Part shown: piece after piece, positions 47,581-57,057 of the stretch
Layout of the letters: every line of letters begins with the position of its first letter
Position numbering within the stretch: the first letter of the stretch is position 1
IMG/VR virus record: IMGVR_UViG_3300020424_000002
Location: 32,001 to 96,000 of that record
Direction: 5' to 3' (one strand)
From: a virus
Length of the DNA stretch: 64,000 nt
The notes under the pieces: generated by a model
What the model was told of the DNA's origin: nothing
Seen by the model: only the letters and a program-made list of their open reading frames with translations
Database searches by the model: none
Made by a program: the position numbers and the translations under genes

Positions 47581-48150
47581 TTATGCAGCTACTGTAATTG
47601 TACCCGCTGCAGTTCCTATTGAAGCTGCACTTGTAATTGTTGCATTACCACCCTCTGCTCTATCAACGATAGTTCCACTGTTAAGTGCTAGTGGGTTTGC
47701 ACCGAAACTTAATATATCACCTGCGTTTGTAGCTGCATTGTTAGCTCCAATTGCAAGAGAGAATGTAAGTTTGTTGGTTGATGAACCACTTGCATATGCA
47801 AGTAAGTGTGGCCCTCTTCCAGAACCAGAACCTTGGTTTCCATTAGTTACTGATAATGTAGGTGTTCCACCAGAAGTATTAACTGTTACTTTTTCATTAA
47901 AAGTTACTGTTGCTGATAATGTACCACCATCTGATTTATCAAATGCTGTTGATACCCAATCAATACTTGTTATGTCTGCTTGACCGATAGAAGTTGCAAG
48001 TTCTCCAATTGCACAGAGAACCTCTTCTGGATGATTGTCAGACTTCTTAAATATCCAGCCTCTTGCATCTGCAAAGACCAATTTCTTTTGTGCAGCTGTC
48101 AACCACTTTGGTTTGGCTTCGTCTGCATCTGAATTACCCCATAAAGACAT
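47581..48150 (-). CDS. Virion structural protein with Ig-like domain
   Basis: MSLWG, KPKWL, V.FNE.V.V..G.P.L, YASGS.TN.L.F; late promoter at about 48207. Confidence 0.65.
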   Translation of the reverse strand: MSLWGNSDADEAKPKWLTAAQKKLVFADARGWIFKKSDNHPEEVLCAIGELATSIGQADITSIDWVSTAFDKSDGGTLSATVTFNEKVTVNTSGGTPTLSVTNGNQGSGSGRGPHLLAYASGSSTNKLTFSLAIGANNAATNAGDILSFGANPLALNSGTIVDRAEGGNATITSAASIGTAAGTITVAA

Positions 48151-48226
48151 AATTATCTCCTCATTTGTTAGTTCTCTGACTGAAAACTTTTTTGTTTATA
48201 CTCTTGTATTTATAACTTTTGATATC

Positions 48227-49447
48227 TCAATCACCCCAATATGCTTTAAAATCCGATTCTTTTTCTACTTCATTTACAAAGTCCATATTGATTTCATCTT
48301 CAAAAACCACTACAACACCATTAGCACTGAAATTATGTGGGTTTACAATATATTTATCTTCAATAATTTCTATGTTTGTAGGATGTGGAAGACCATATTT
48401 TTCATGTAAATGCACTGGATATTCTTTACCATTTTGTAAAACTAACTTAGGAAATTTCTTACCGACAAAACAATCACCTATCTTCTGAGGATTGTTTCTA
48501 AATGCATCTAAGTATTCGTTACCACCTAAAAGTAATGGAAAAGTATTTTGTACATATGGTCTACAATTATTTTCTAAGAAATATAATTCACCATCTTCTC
48601 CTAACATCTGAGTAATACTACCTTCATATGTACCACCCAGTTTAGCAGCTGCATTTAAATAATCTACTACATTATCCCTAACCTGTTTATCTATTTCTGG
48701 TGTGAGTTGTTCTATAATTGTATTAGTAAACCATGCAGTAGGGCCTTCCCCAGCAATTTGTTTTGATTTTGACTCATCACAATGTTCTGAAAATGTAAAT
48801 GACCATTTTCCTTCTGACATAATGTAAGATATGTTTGTTTCATATCCTTTAATACGCTCCTCACAAAAATATTTCATTTTAATTGGAATACCTAATAGGA
48901 CTCCAATTGGTGTTTTTTCAAGTATTTTTTTATCTTGGACAACTGTTGAAGAATTCCAAAACTCAGATGGTTTTAAAATAAACTGATTAGGTAATGGTTC
49001 TGTATTTAACTCTCTGTGGTCTTCACCTGTTTGTAGAGTTTTAGGTACTTTCATACCACACTTTTCTGCAAACATTTTTCCAAATTGTTTTTCTGTTTCT
49101 AATTTTATTGATGTTTCATTTGCAGATATGATATCAATTCCAAAATCTTTTTTATGTATAATACTATTAAAAGTAGGCCAAGTGTTTATGATTAAATCAA
49201 TTTTATATTTTTCTATTACTTGTTCTAATTTATCTAAATGTGTTAGTGGTAAGTTGTTACTGAGTTCAGTATAATTGTCTGGATTTGTAAAAACACGATA
49301 TTCAATGTCTGATATTGAATTTATGTTGAGTGTTTTTAAATAATTTGGACTTCCTGTTTGAGTAGTATATACTGTGTGACCATCTTCAACTAATTTTACT
49401 TGCCATTGAAGATTATGATACTCCATTTCTGTAAATAATATATTCAT
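48227..49447 (-). CDS. Divergent ATP-grasp protein (PurD-like fold)
   Basis: LE..K.FGK.F....G..VP, ILKP, EE.I.G.E, FLE.N.R; lacks the PurD GGREH motif. Confidence 0.6.
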   Translation of the reverse strand: MNILFTEMEYHNLQWQVKLVEDGHTVYTTQTGSPNYLKTLNINSISDIEYRVFTNPDNYTELSNNLPLTHLDKLEQVIEKYKIDLIINTWPTFNSIIHKKDFGIDIISANETSIKLETEKQFGKMFAEKCGMKVPKTLQTGEDHRELNTEPLPNQFILKPSEFWNSSTVVQDKKILEKTPIGVLLGIPIKMKYFCEERIKGYETNISYIMSEGKWSFTFSEHCDESKSKQIAGEGPTAWFTNTIIEQLTPEIDKQVRDNVVDYLNAAAKLGGTYEGSITQMLGEDGELYFLENNCRPYVQNTFPLLLGGNEYLDAFRNNPQKIGDCFVGKKFPKLVLQNGKEYPVHLHEKYGLPHPTNIEIIEDKYIVNPHNFSANGVVVVFEDEINMDFVNEVEKESDFKAYWGD

Positions 49448-49465
49448 AATATAGATATGTAGGTG

Positions 49466-50458
49466 TTATGCCATACTTCTTTTTATTGCACCCAGAGCTT
49501 TCATAAAAGATTGTTTGTTCTTCCCTAATAATTTGATTAGTTGTACTCTCATTTGTGGTTTTACTCTATCTAGTGCCATGTTAATTATTTTTGCATTTTT
49601 TTGGGTTACCTTAATTGTTTTACCATCGTCTAGTTTTACATCACTACCAGTTCTTAAATCCTCTGCACCTTTAAGTTGTACTTGAAGATTTTGGTCTGGG
49701 TCATTTGCACGAGGGCCTAACTTTTTAACTCTATCCCTTTGTTGAATAAAGTCTTTAATATTTTGTGAGATATCTTTATCTGGTTCAAAATCTGTATACT
49801 TACCAGCACCGACTGCTTGTGCAAACTTTTTACTTGGTGTTGATGACCCTTTTGCAAAGTTTACTATTTTATTCATTGCATCTTTAAAGTCTTTTGCTTT
49901 ATTTGCAATGTCTCTTATTTTATTATTTGCAGCTGGACTGTTTGCACCAAAGTCATGAAATGCACGAGCTTCATATGCAAGAACTTCTCCATACATTTTT
50001 TGATAGTCTTTAGTATACTTAGACTTACGCATAGGTTCTTTTCTTGCTTTTTTATCGCCTGGTGCATCTTTATATGCAGATGGGTCTGAATCAGATTTTT
50101 CTTTTCCTCTTTGGAAATGTGCATCTCTTTTGGACTTAGTAGATTTTTTGAGACCTTTAAAATACTTTGCTGGTTGAGTTCCTTTTTTATCTTTGATATC
50201 TTTGTCTTGAGGTTCTCTTTCCTCATCTCTGAGACGAGGTTCAGTCCTGTTATACTTTTGTGTAACTATTGAAAGATTTGACTTATCGTTATTCATAGGA
50301 TTACCATCTTTATGATGCACATCTTTACCAACAATACCTTTGGTATCTTTTAGTTGTCTTCGTGCATGATTTCTACCAGCTCTTCTTTTTTTCTGTTCTG
50401 GTTTAGAATGGTAGTTTTCGTATTCTTTTTTGTAGTTCCTTTCTTTGAAAGTCTCCAT
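49466..50458 (-). CDS. Modular protein: HNH-like module plus basic modules
   Basis: METFKE|RNYKKEY, DVHHKDGNP.NN..NL; Y.KGL.KS...DPSAYK.APGD module. Confidence 0.6.
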   Translation of the reverse strand: METFKERNYKKEYENYHSKPEQKKRRAGRNHARRQLKDTKGIVGKDVHHKDGNPMNNDKSNLSIVTQKYNRTEPRLRDEEREPQDKDIKDKKGTQPAKYFKGLKKSTKSKRDAHFQRGKEKSDSDPSAYKDAPGDKKARKEPMRKSKYTKDYQKMYGEVLAYEARAFHDFGANSPAANNKIRDIANKAKDFKDAMNKIVNFAKGSSTPSKKFAQAVGAGKYTDFEPDKDISQNIKDFIQQRDRVKKLGPRANDPDQNLQVQLKGAEDLRTGSDVKLDDGKTIKVTQKNAKIINMALDRVKPQMRVQLIKLLGKNKQSFMKALGAIKRSMA

Positions 50459-50467
50459 GACGACTCC

Positions 50468-53065
50468 TTAGAATGAACTTATAACATCTTTGTGATTTGA
50501 ATACTTACTTGATGATTGTCTCATGAGATTATCATAGATTTGACCTCTGGTTCTCATTAATCCATCTGGCATGTGACCGAGTGCTTTGTGAGTCATCATA
50601 ATACCTTTTAATGCATCTAGTCCTTTTTTATCACCAAGAAGTTTTGCAAGATGCATTAATGAACCAGTGTGGTCATTTCTATCTGTCATTTTTTTAATCT
50701 TGTTGATATCTGCAGCTGACATTTCTTTTTTCTCTACAAGTTCTTCGATACCTTCTTTGATATCTTCTATCTTCTGATGCCACTCTACCATCTCATCTGT
50801 ACCTTCTTTATAGAAGATTGCTTTCTTAGTCACTGGGTCTAATCCCATGTACTTACCTTTGAGAGAAGGCATCTTAACACCAATGTCTCTTAACATTGCA
50901 ACCATCTTATGAAGTCTTTCCCAGTTTGCTGGTGGATGTTTTTGTTTCCAGATTTGACCCATTAATTTGTCAATACTTTTCTCTGGGTCTTTTTCATCAA
51001 ATGGTAGTTTAGTCATCTTTGCCATCATCTTACCAAATGTTTTAAGTTTAACAACATTTGCTGGTGATAGGTTTTCAATCACTACATGATGACCTGTAAA
51101 TTCTTTTGATTCGTTTGCATGTCTAAGTGCAAGTTTAACTGCTGGATTCTTAGATAATCCTCTTTTAAGTTTTTCTATTTCTTTGATTGCATAGTTAGTT
51201 GCACCACTTAAATCAAGTGCAAGTTCAATTGCTTTCTTAACTGTTTTATCTCTTGCAGCTGCTTTTTGTTTTGGATTGTCTCTGTAATATTTGTTTATTT
51301 CTTGACCTGTAAGTTTAGATTTACCCATCTTAGATAGTGGGTCTAACTTACCATCTTTGACTCTTTCATCTATTTTCTTACCATCTTTATCATACTTACC
51401 AGACTTTTTCTTTGCAATTGCAATTGCAGCTTGTTGTGCAAAGTTTTTACCTTTACCTTCTGATACTTCTTCTCGTATTTTTTCCATACCTTTTGGATTT
51501 TTAGTCACTATATCTCTCTGAGATAATATTTTTATTAAATCTTTGACCTCATCTGGTGCAATCATAAAACTTTCATTTCTAAATCTAATAGAATACATTG
51601 TATTCGGTGCTGGAAAGACAAGATTTATTGAGAATTTACCAGATTTTTTTAATCTAGGCATCGGTAGTGATGTTTTCATTGCTTCCTCAAGTTCTTCACT
51701 TACTGCTTTTTCTAAATCATCTGCTTGTTTTGCATGTTTCTTACTTGCTTTCTTCAACATAGTGACAATCTTTTTCACTACTGGTTTGTCGTCATTATCG
51801 AGTTCTTCTGGTAAAGGTTTTACACCTTGTTGTTTGAACATCTTCATCAAGGCATTGTTAGTTGCAAGTTTGATTTTGTTATCTTTACCCATTGCAACCA
51901 TAGTATTTTTAAATCCTTGAGGATTTTGTTTTTGCATTGCCATTGCAACTTTAACACCAGTCATGTTAAGAAGTTTTGCAACACCATACTGGAACATTTT
52001 ATCACCACCAGTTTTAAATAGTTTGTCAATCATTTCACCAGCAGATGCTTCTACTAGTTCAAAATCTTCTTTTTGCATTGCGAGTTTAGTGTTAAGAGTT
52101 CCAATCATCTTAAGGATTGTATCTCTTGCATCTAAAACTTTTTTGTAATCTTTGTTATGAACTGTATTCTTAAGTTCTTTATCACCCATGTTTGCAATCT
52201 TCTGATAAGCTTTTAAGACACTCTGCATGTCTTTAGAAACCTTTTTCATTGCCTCGACTTCTTGTCTCTTGACTTCATCTAAAGATTCTTTTCTATACTG
52301 TCTCATTAATGAATCTATTTGTTTTTGGATTCTATGATATTCATCACTGTCATACTTGACATCCATCTTTTTATTTCTAAGATTACTGATTCTATCTTTA
52401 ACTGAATCAGGCATAGTTGTTAGTGCTTCTAACATATTGTCATCTGGATGTATGACATGTGCAAGGTCTTTATCGTGATTTAGATTACCTTTTTTCTTCT
52501 TGACTATAAATGCATTTACTCTTGCCATTCCCCACTGCTGTGGAGTAGTTCCTGGCCTGTGTCCTGTTTTCCATGCAGCCATTCCACGATTGTAAACTTT
52601 TCTTAATGTTCCTACTGAGATACCAGATTTTTTAGCTTTAGCTGCAAGACCTTTAGATTCATCTAAATCATTATCTTCCATCATCTTCATAAGAGGTTTA
52701 TCTTTTTGGATGTCTTTCATTAAGTTGTCAATATCTTTGTCATTACCCTTGAAGTTTACATTATTATCATCTACAAATTTACCTTTGGATTGTGTACCAA
52801 ATGTTATTTTAACTTTTGGATGTTTTTTTGCATACTTACTGATTAATGCCTGTTGAATTTTTTTCTTGTTTTTCATTGGTACAGACATCATACCATCTTC
52901 TTCAAGATAATCTAACCAATCATTGATTTCTTCGTCACGAACATCTTCGATGAGAGAGTCAATTAACTCCTCATTTAAGATATCTTCATTTGGTGTTGCA
53001 TACATTTCTCTGTATGCATCTGCAACAGATGACAGAGTTTTTCTGTTTCTCATGTAGTTTGACAT
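50468..53065 (-). CDS. 865-aa modular basic protein, putative polyprotein
   Basis: Acidic N-terminus, then about ten Lys-rich modules separated by (L/I/V)xE linkers. Confidence 0.6.
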   Translation of the reverse strand: MSNYMRNRKTLSSVADAYREMYATPNEDILNEELIDSLIEDVRDEEINDWLDYLEEDGMMSVPMKNKKKIQQALISKYAKKHPKVKITFGTQSKGKFVDDNNVNFKGNDKDIDNLMKDIQKDKPLMKMMEDNDLDESKGLAAKAKKSGISVGTLRKVYNRGMAAWKTGHRPGTTPQQWGMARVNAFIVKKKKGNLNHDKDLAHVIHPDDNMLEALTTMPDSVKDRISNLRNKKMDVKYDSDEYHRIQKQIDSLMRQYRKESLDEVKRQEVEAMKKVSKDMQSVLKAYQKIANMGDKELKNTVHNKDYKKVLDARDTILKMIGTLNTKLAMQKEDFELVEASAGEMIDKLFKTGGDKMFQYGVAKLLNMTGVKVAMAMQKQNPQGFKNTMVAMGKDNKIKLATNNALMKMFKQQGVKPLPEELDNDDKPVVKKIVTMLKKASKKHAKQADDLEKAVSEELEEAMKTSLPMPRLKKSGKFSINLVFPAPNTMYSIRFRNESFMIAPDEVKDLIKILSQRDIVTKNPKGMEKIREEVSEGKGKNFAQQAAIAIAKKKSGKYDKDGKKIDERVKDGKLDPLSKMGKSKLTGQEINKYYRDNPKQKAAARDKTVKKAIELALDLSGATNYAIKEIEKLKRGLSKNPAVKLALRHANESKEFTGHHVVIENLSPANVVKLKTFGKMMAKMTKLPFDEKDPEKSIDKLMGQIWKQKHPPANWERLHKMVAMLRDIGVKMPSLKGKYMGLDPVTKKAIFYKEGTDEMVEWHQKIEDIKEGIEELVEKKEMSAADINKIKKMTDRNDHTGSLMHLAKLLGDKKGLDALKGIMMTHKALGHMPDGLMRTRGQIYDNLMRQSSSKYSNHKDVISSF

Positions 53066-53758
53066 TTACTTTCCAGCTTTTCTATTATTGTATATTAAAG
53101 ATTTTTCCTTAACATATCCTAACCTTCTTAAGGTTTCTTTAAATGATTTACTTCTTGCATCATATTTAATCTCAGATGCATCTTCGTTTTTACCGATTGC
53201 TTTTGAGATTGCTTTTCTTTTCTTATGCAAGAATTTATCAGATGAATCAACATCACCATCATTGTCGATGTCTTTGTCTTTTCTATCTTTAAACTTTTTC
53301 TTAACTGCTTTTTTGTCTACTTTATCAAGTCCTTCACCATCATCTGATTTATCATTAGATGCATCTTCTGTATTACAATGACTTGCCTTTAGGTCTTTTT
53401 TGAGTTTTTTCTTTCCATCCTCAGAACCCATATCAGCCATTTCACCGACTGTACAAGGATACTCTTTACCAGCAAACATAAAGGTTTTATCACCATTTTT
53501 CTTTGCTTGTCTTGCAGCTGCAATGAATGACCTTTTGTCATCATTTACTGCTTTTCTAAGTTCTTGTAGTTCTTTATTGAACGATTCTGCAACTTCTGGT
53601 TTGTCCTGTAAAGGATATCCCATAAGTTCTGCTTGTTGTGCAAAACGAGATTTTGCTGGTTGTCCAGAATTAAGGACTTCTGAGACCGCATCAGCAACAG
53701 ATTTAGTTACTTTATCAGTCCCACTGTTGAATTTTAATCTATCTTTTATATCTGACAT
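53066..53758 (-). CDS. Charged modular protein (internal head/scaffold-like)
   Basis: FIAAA..AK..G.K.F.FAGK.YP; DIDNDGD.D.SD..L...RKAI; late promoter at about 53787, SD AGGAG. Confidence 0.55.
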   Translation of the reverse strand: MSDIKDRLKFNSGTDKVTKSVADAVSEVLNSGQPAKSRFAQQAELMGYPLQDKPEVAESFNKELQELRKAVNDDKRSFIAAARQAKKNGDKTFMFAGKEYPCTVGEMADMGSEDGKKKLKKDLKASHCNTEDASNDKSDDGEGLDKVDKKAVKKKFKDRKDKDIDNDGDVDSSDKFLHKKRKAISKAIGKNEDASEIKYDARSKSFKETLRRLGYVKEKSLIYNNRKAGK

Positions 53759-53798
53759 TGTGGTCTCCTATTAATGTTTCCTCTAGTATTTATATATA

Positions 53799-55220
53799 TC
53801 ACTTCTTCGACTGTGATTGTCTAAACTTTTTAAGTCGTTCTACTTCACCTTTTTTAACTTTAGGGAAGAGTTTTTTACTTAATTTTGCAATTGCACTCTT
53901 CTTTTTATCTAATTTTTTACCGATTGCAATTCTAGCACCCATTGAAAGTTCACTTGCAGCCTTACCACCAGACATTTTTTTAAATAAAATTGCTCTTGCA
54001 GTCTTCATTGCTTTTGTTTTCAATTGGTCATTAGTCTTCATTCTTTTCTTTTTACGAGCTTTAGTTCTTGCAATCTTCTGTGCAAGTCGTCTCATTCTCA
54101 TACCAATTGCCCTTCTTTGTTGCATATTAAGTACTTCTAACTGTAATTGTCTTGTTAATTCACTAGTAAATTTACCTTCTGCAACCTTATGTTGTTTCTT
54201 TGCCATGTTCATTGCTGTCCCATGCATTACTTCTTTTGCTTTATCACCATACTCTTTTTCAAAGTAATCTTTCTTTTTCTTTAAATCTTTGTAAATCTTT
54301 TCTTTCGTAGCCATAACTGCATCGGATACTTCGTTTGTATCAGTCGGATTTGTACTTCTATTTTTAAGTCTAGTTAATCTTCTTCTATCTGCATCCATTT
54401 CTCTGTCATGTTTAATTTTTAATTGTTCTTTTTCTCTAGATTGTTTGTCTTTTAGGTTATCTGTAGTTTCATCTTCATTGAATAATCTTTTTTCCATATC
54501 TACTGGATGTTCATAGGAAGCTGCAAGTGCAACATTTTTCATAGGTTTCATGGTCAATGCAGATTTCCATGCAGTTGCCATTTTGTTTGAAGGGAAAGAT
54601 TTTACGAATGCTCTAAGTCTAGGGAAAATTTTAGTGGTGTTTTTATCCAAATCATTCATATCACCATCATTATCTACAATAAAAAAGTTTTGTCTACCAA
54701 ATGTAGCTTGTAGTTTACCCATGTTTTTTCTGACTGTTGCATGATTGCTTTGTACTATATTGTCTGGGATACTTCTTTCTCGTTGTCTATTTCTATCTAA
54801 TGCAGTTTCTAATGAAGTATTTACGAATACCATTGCAGTTTCGTATCCTAAATCTTGAAGGAGTTTTCTTTGTTTTACGATATTTTTTACATCTCTTGCA
54901 GTTGAATCAATAACAAGTCCTAACCGACCTTTAATATACATTTCTTGTCGTTTACCAGTGATTGCTTTTGCATGAACACGAATTGCATCTCTTTGTTCTT
55001 CTTCACTCTCTGGCATTTTAAGTGAAAGACCTGCTTTCTTAAGACCCATTTCAAATGATTGGTCTGAGTTTACTGGTCGTAAACCCATAGAACCGAACCC
55101 TAATTTTTTAGCTGCAAGTGATTTACCACTGCCTGGGCCACCTGCCATAAAGACAGCCTTAAATACGCCTGGGTCGTTAATTCCTTCGTTAAGCGAGTCG
55201 TATGTATTTTCCAATATCAT
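53799..55220 (-). CDS. Zeta-toxin/AAA_33-like P-loop kinase plus basic modules
   Basis: EGINDPGVFKAVFMAGGPGSGKS, NSD, VIDST, VFVNTS...A..RN..R.R. Confidence 0.75.
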   Translation of the reverse strand: MILENTYDSLNEGINDPGVFKAVFMAGGPGSGKSLAAKKLGFGSMGLRPVNSDQSFEMGLKKAGLSLKMPESEEEQRDAIRVHAKAITGKRQEMYIKGRLGLVIDSTARDVKNIVKQRKLLQDLGYETAMVFVNTSLETALDRNRQRERSIPDNIVQSNHATVRKNMGKLQATFGRQNFFIVDNDGDMNDLDKNTTKIFPRLRAFVKSFPSNKMATAWKSALTMKPMKNVALAASYEHPVDMEKRLFNEDETTDNLKDKQSREKEQLKIKHDREMDADRRRLTRLKNRSTNPTDTNEVSDAVMATKEKIYKDLKKKKDYFEKEYGDKAKEVMHGTAMNMAKKQHKVAEGKFTSELTRQLQLEVLNMQQRRAIGMRMRRLAQKIARTKARKKKRMKTNDQLKTKAMKTARAILFKKMSGGKAASELSMGARIAIGKKLDKKKSAIAKLSKKLFPKVKKGEVERLKKFRQSQSKK

Positions 55221-55845
55221 CTGTTATGTACTCTGGTATATGATGGAATTCTTCTCGAATTGCCATTCCTTTTCTTACTGCTTTATACAGTTGTTTTCCT
55301 TGTCTAAAAGTTCTTGGTAATGATTTAACAAATGTTTTTTCATCACCATCGAAAGCCATTGCTCTCATCTTAGATGCAGACATACCAGATATGTCATCTG
55401 CATCTGGGTCTCTTTCACCTGCTGATACCAATTCGATACTTTTAAAGTTATAGAAACCATGTCTACCTTTCACACCATTGTACTTTGTGAGTAGACTCTC
55501 AAATTCTCTTAGTCTATCTGAACCAGCAACCATCTTTACACTTCTGTATCCTTGGTTATACAAGTCAACCACCACATCAAATACTGTTCTAGAATTAGAT
55601 GTAGAAACTGTTACTTTTGCTGGTCTAAACAAGAGTTTCATGAACTTTGTTTTGGTTCTATAATCTAGTGGATTCTTCTTTGGGTCTTGACTATGACTTG
55701 TATAGATGAATCCATCATCCGAACCAGCAACCTGTTTCACTTTCATTGCAAGTTTGAGATGTCCAGCAGTTGGTGGATTAAACCTACCGAATGCAAACAC
55801 AGCAGTTTGTGAATTTATCTCAACAATGTCTTTGAAACTTTTCAT
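55189..55845 (-). CDS. Cytidylyltransferase-like (HIGH superfamily) nucleotidyltransferase
   Basis: FGRFNPPTAGH, KNPL, GSDR, SAGERDPD, SASKMR. Confidence 0.85.
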   Translation of the reverse strand: MKSFKDIVEINSQTAVFAFGRFNPPTAGHLKLAMKVKQVAGSDDGFIYTSHSQDPKKNPLDYRTKTKFMKLLFRPAKVTVSTSNSRTVFDVVVDLYNQGYRSVKMVAGSDRLREFESLLTKYNGVKGRHGFYNFKSIELVSAGERDPDADDISGMSASKMRAMAFDGDEKTFVKSLPRTFRQGKQLYKAVRKGMAIREEFHHIPEYITDDIGKYIRLA

Positions 55846-55853
55846 GTAAGTAT

Positions 55854-57041
55854 TTATGTTTTTACAAATTTCTGTTCGTTGATTTTAAGTGCATCATAAT
55901 CCATTTGCACATATTCTCTACATACATCCCACCACTCTTTTAAGTCTTCATCTTCTTGTAGTTCTTCTATAACTCTTTGTCTAATTTCTGGTGTGACATT
56001 CATATGAGTATGGGCATACATGCTGTGAGATTGTTTTTGGTGAAACTTAACCTTAACTTCATCATCAATAAATCCTAAATCTATTAATGTATCAATTGCA
56101 CCAGCTGTCTTTTTCAAAGATTCTTCTGATGGATGTAGAAAACCTAGTCCACTTTGTGTATAGTCTATGTCGTGTTTATAGTGTACAAGATTATCGTAAA
56201 TGTCATACATTGATTTACCATTCCACAATGGTCTTGATAATACGAAAGTATGATTCATTTGTTGTCCTTCTAATCCACCTATTAGTAATCTTTCTGGTGG
56301 ACAAAAATATATTATTCTTTTTGCAGAATTGTAATATCTTTCCCATCCTTCTTCTGTATCTGCATCTAAATCATATATCCATGGACAAGACATACCATTA
56401 TCCATTTCAGTTATAAGACCAGATATAAATCTTTCCCAAGGGTCACGAACAAGTAAATACGATGTCCAATCGTTGAAAAAATTTAATTCTTGAAATGGTG
56501 GAGTCAGTTCTGAATCACGACCTTCACCATAATTTTTAGGAGTAGCTTTCATTCCATAATCCCATGGACAGTTATCACCAAAAAATTCTTTTGCTTCTTT
56601 CGAACCCCTCTTAATAATTTTTGAATATGCAGTAAGAGGATTCAAACTCCCATCAGGAGCCTGTTTCCAGTGTTCTGGAATATTTTCATAACCATGCATT
56701 ACAACTCTTTTGTTAGGTTGATACATATCTGTAACAAATTGCAGATATTCTTCATCTGATAACCAAGTTCTTGGATTACGATTTTGGTCTTCAATCCAAA
56801 CCCAGTCATCATCAAACATTTCGTTTTGTGCGTTTAGATAAAAACGAATTGAGGAATGTCCTACTTTACGAGGACATGTAAGTATTACTTTTCTTTTTTT
56901 AGATATGAATGTGGGATGACATCTTTCCCAACATGTTTCACCATCAAAATGTGCATTAACAGTAAAAGTTTGTTTTCCAACTGTTATTTGAACTTCATTA
57001 TTTTCATTAAATGAAGCAAAAGATTTCAAAGAATCTGACAT
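55854..57041 (-). CDS. Sulfotransferase-like protein
   Basis: PAPS-binding-like RKVGHSSIR and VRDPWERFISG; Y...DY tail. Confidence 0.6.
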   Translation of the reverse strand: MSDSLKSFASFNENNEVQITVGKQTFTVNAHFDGETCWERCHPTFISKKRKVILTCPRKVGHSSIRFYLNAQNEMFDDDWVWIEDQNRNPRTWLSDEEYLQFVTDMYQPNKRVVMHGYENIPEHWKQAPDGSLNPLTAYSKIIKRGSKEAKEFFGDNCPWDYGMKATPKNYGEGRDSELTPPFQELNFFNDWTSYLLVRDPWERFISGLITEMDNGMSCPWIYDLDADTEEGWERYYNSAKRIIYFCPPERLLIGGLEGQQMNHTFVLSRPLWNGKSMYDIYDNLVHYKHDIDYTQSGLGFLHPSEESLKKTAGAIDTLIDLGFIDDEVKVKFHQKQSHSMYAHTHMNVTPEIRQRVIEELQEDEDLKEWWDVCREYVQMDYDALKINEQKFVKT

Positions 57042-57057
57042 AATATAACTCCATAAT

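Noticed and set aside
48227-49447. purD auxiliary gene
   Set aside because: Only the ATP-grasp core matches; PurD-specific GGREH and NTGGMG motifs are absent
49466-50458. Mobile HNH homing endonuclease
   Set aside because: The HNH-like unit is a short module in a multi-module protein with native codon usage and no insertion context
53799-55845. CoaD/CoaE completing a CoA pathway with panD
   Set aside because: TxGH and Walker A motifs are generic; downstream motifs fit the zeta/AAA_33 kinase and the widespread T4-like cytidylyltransferase instead
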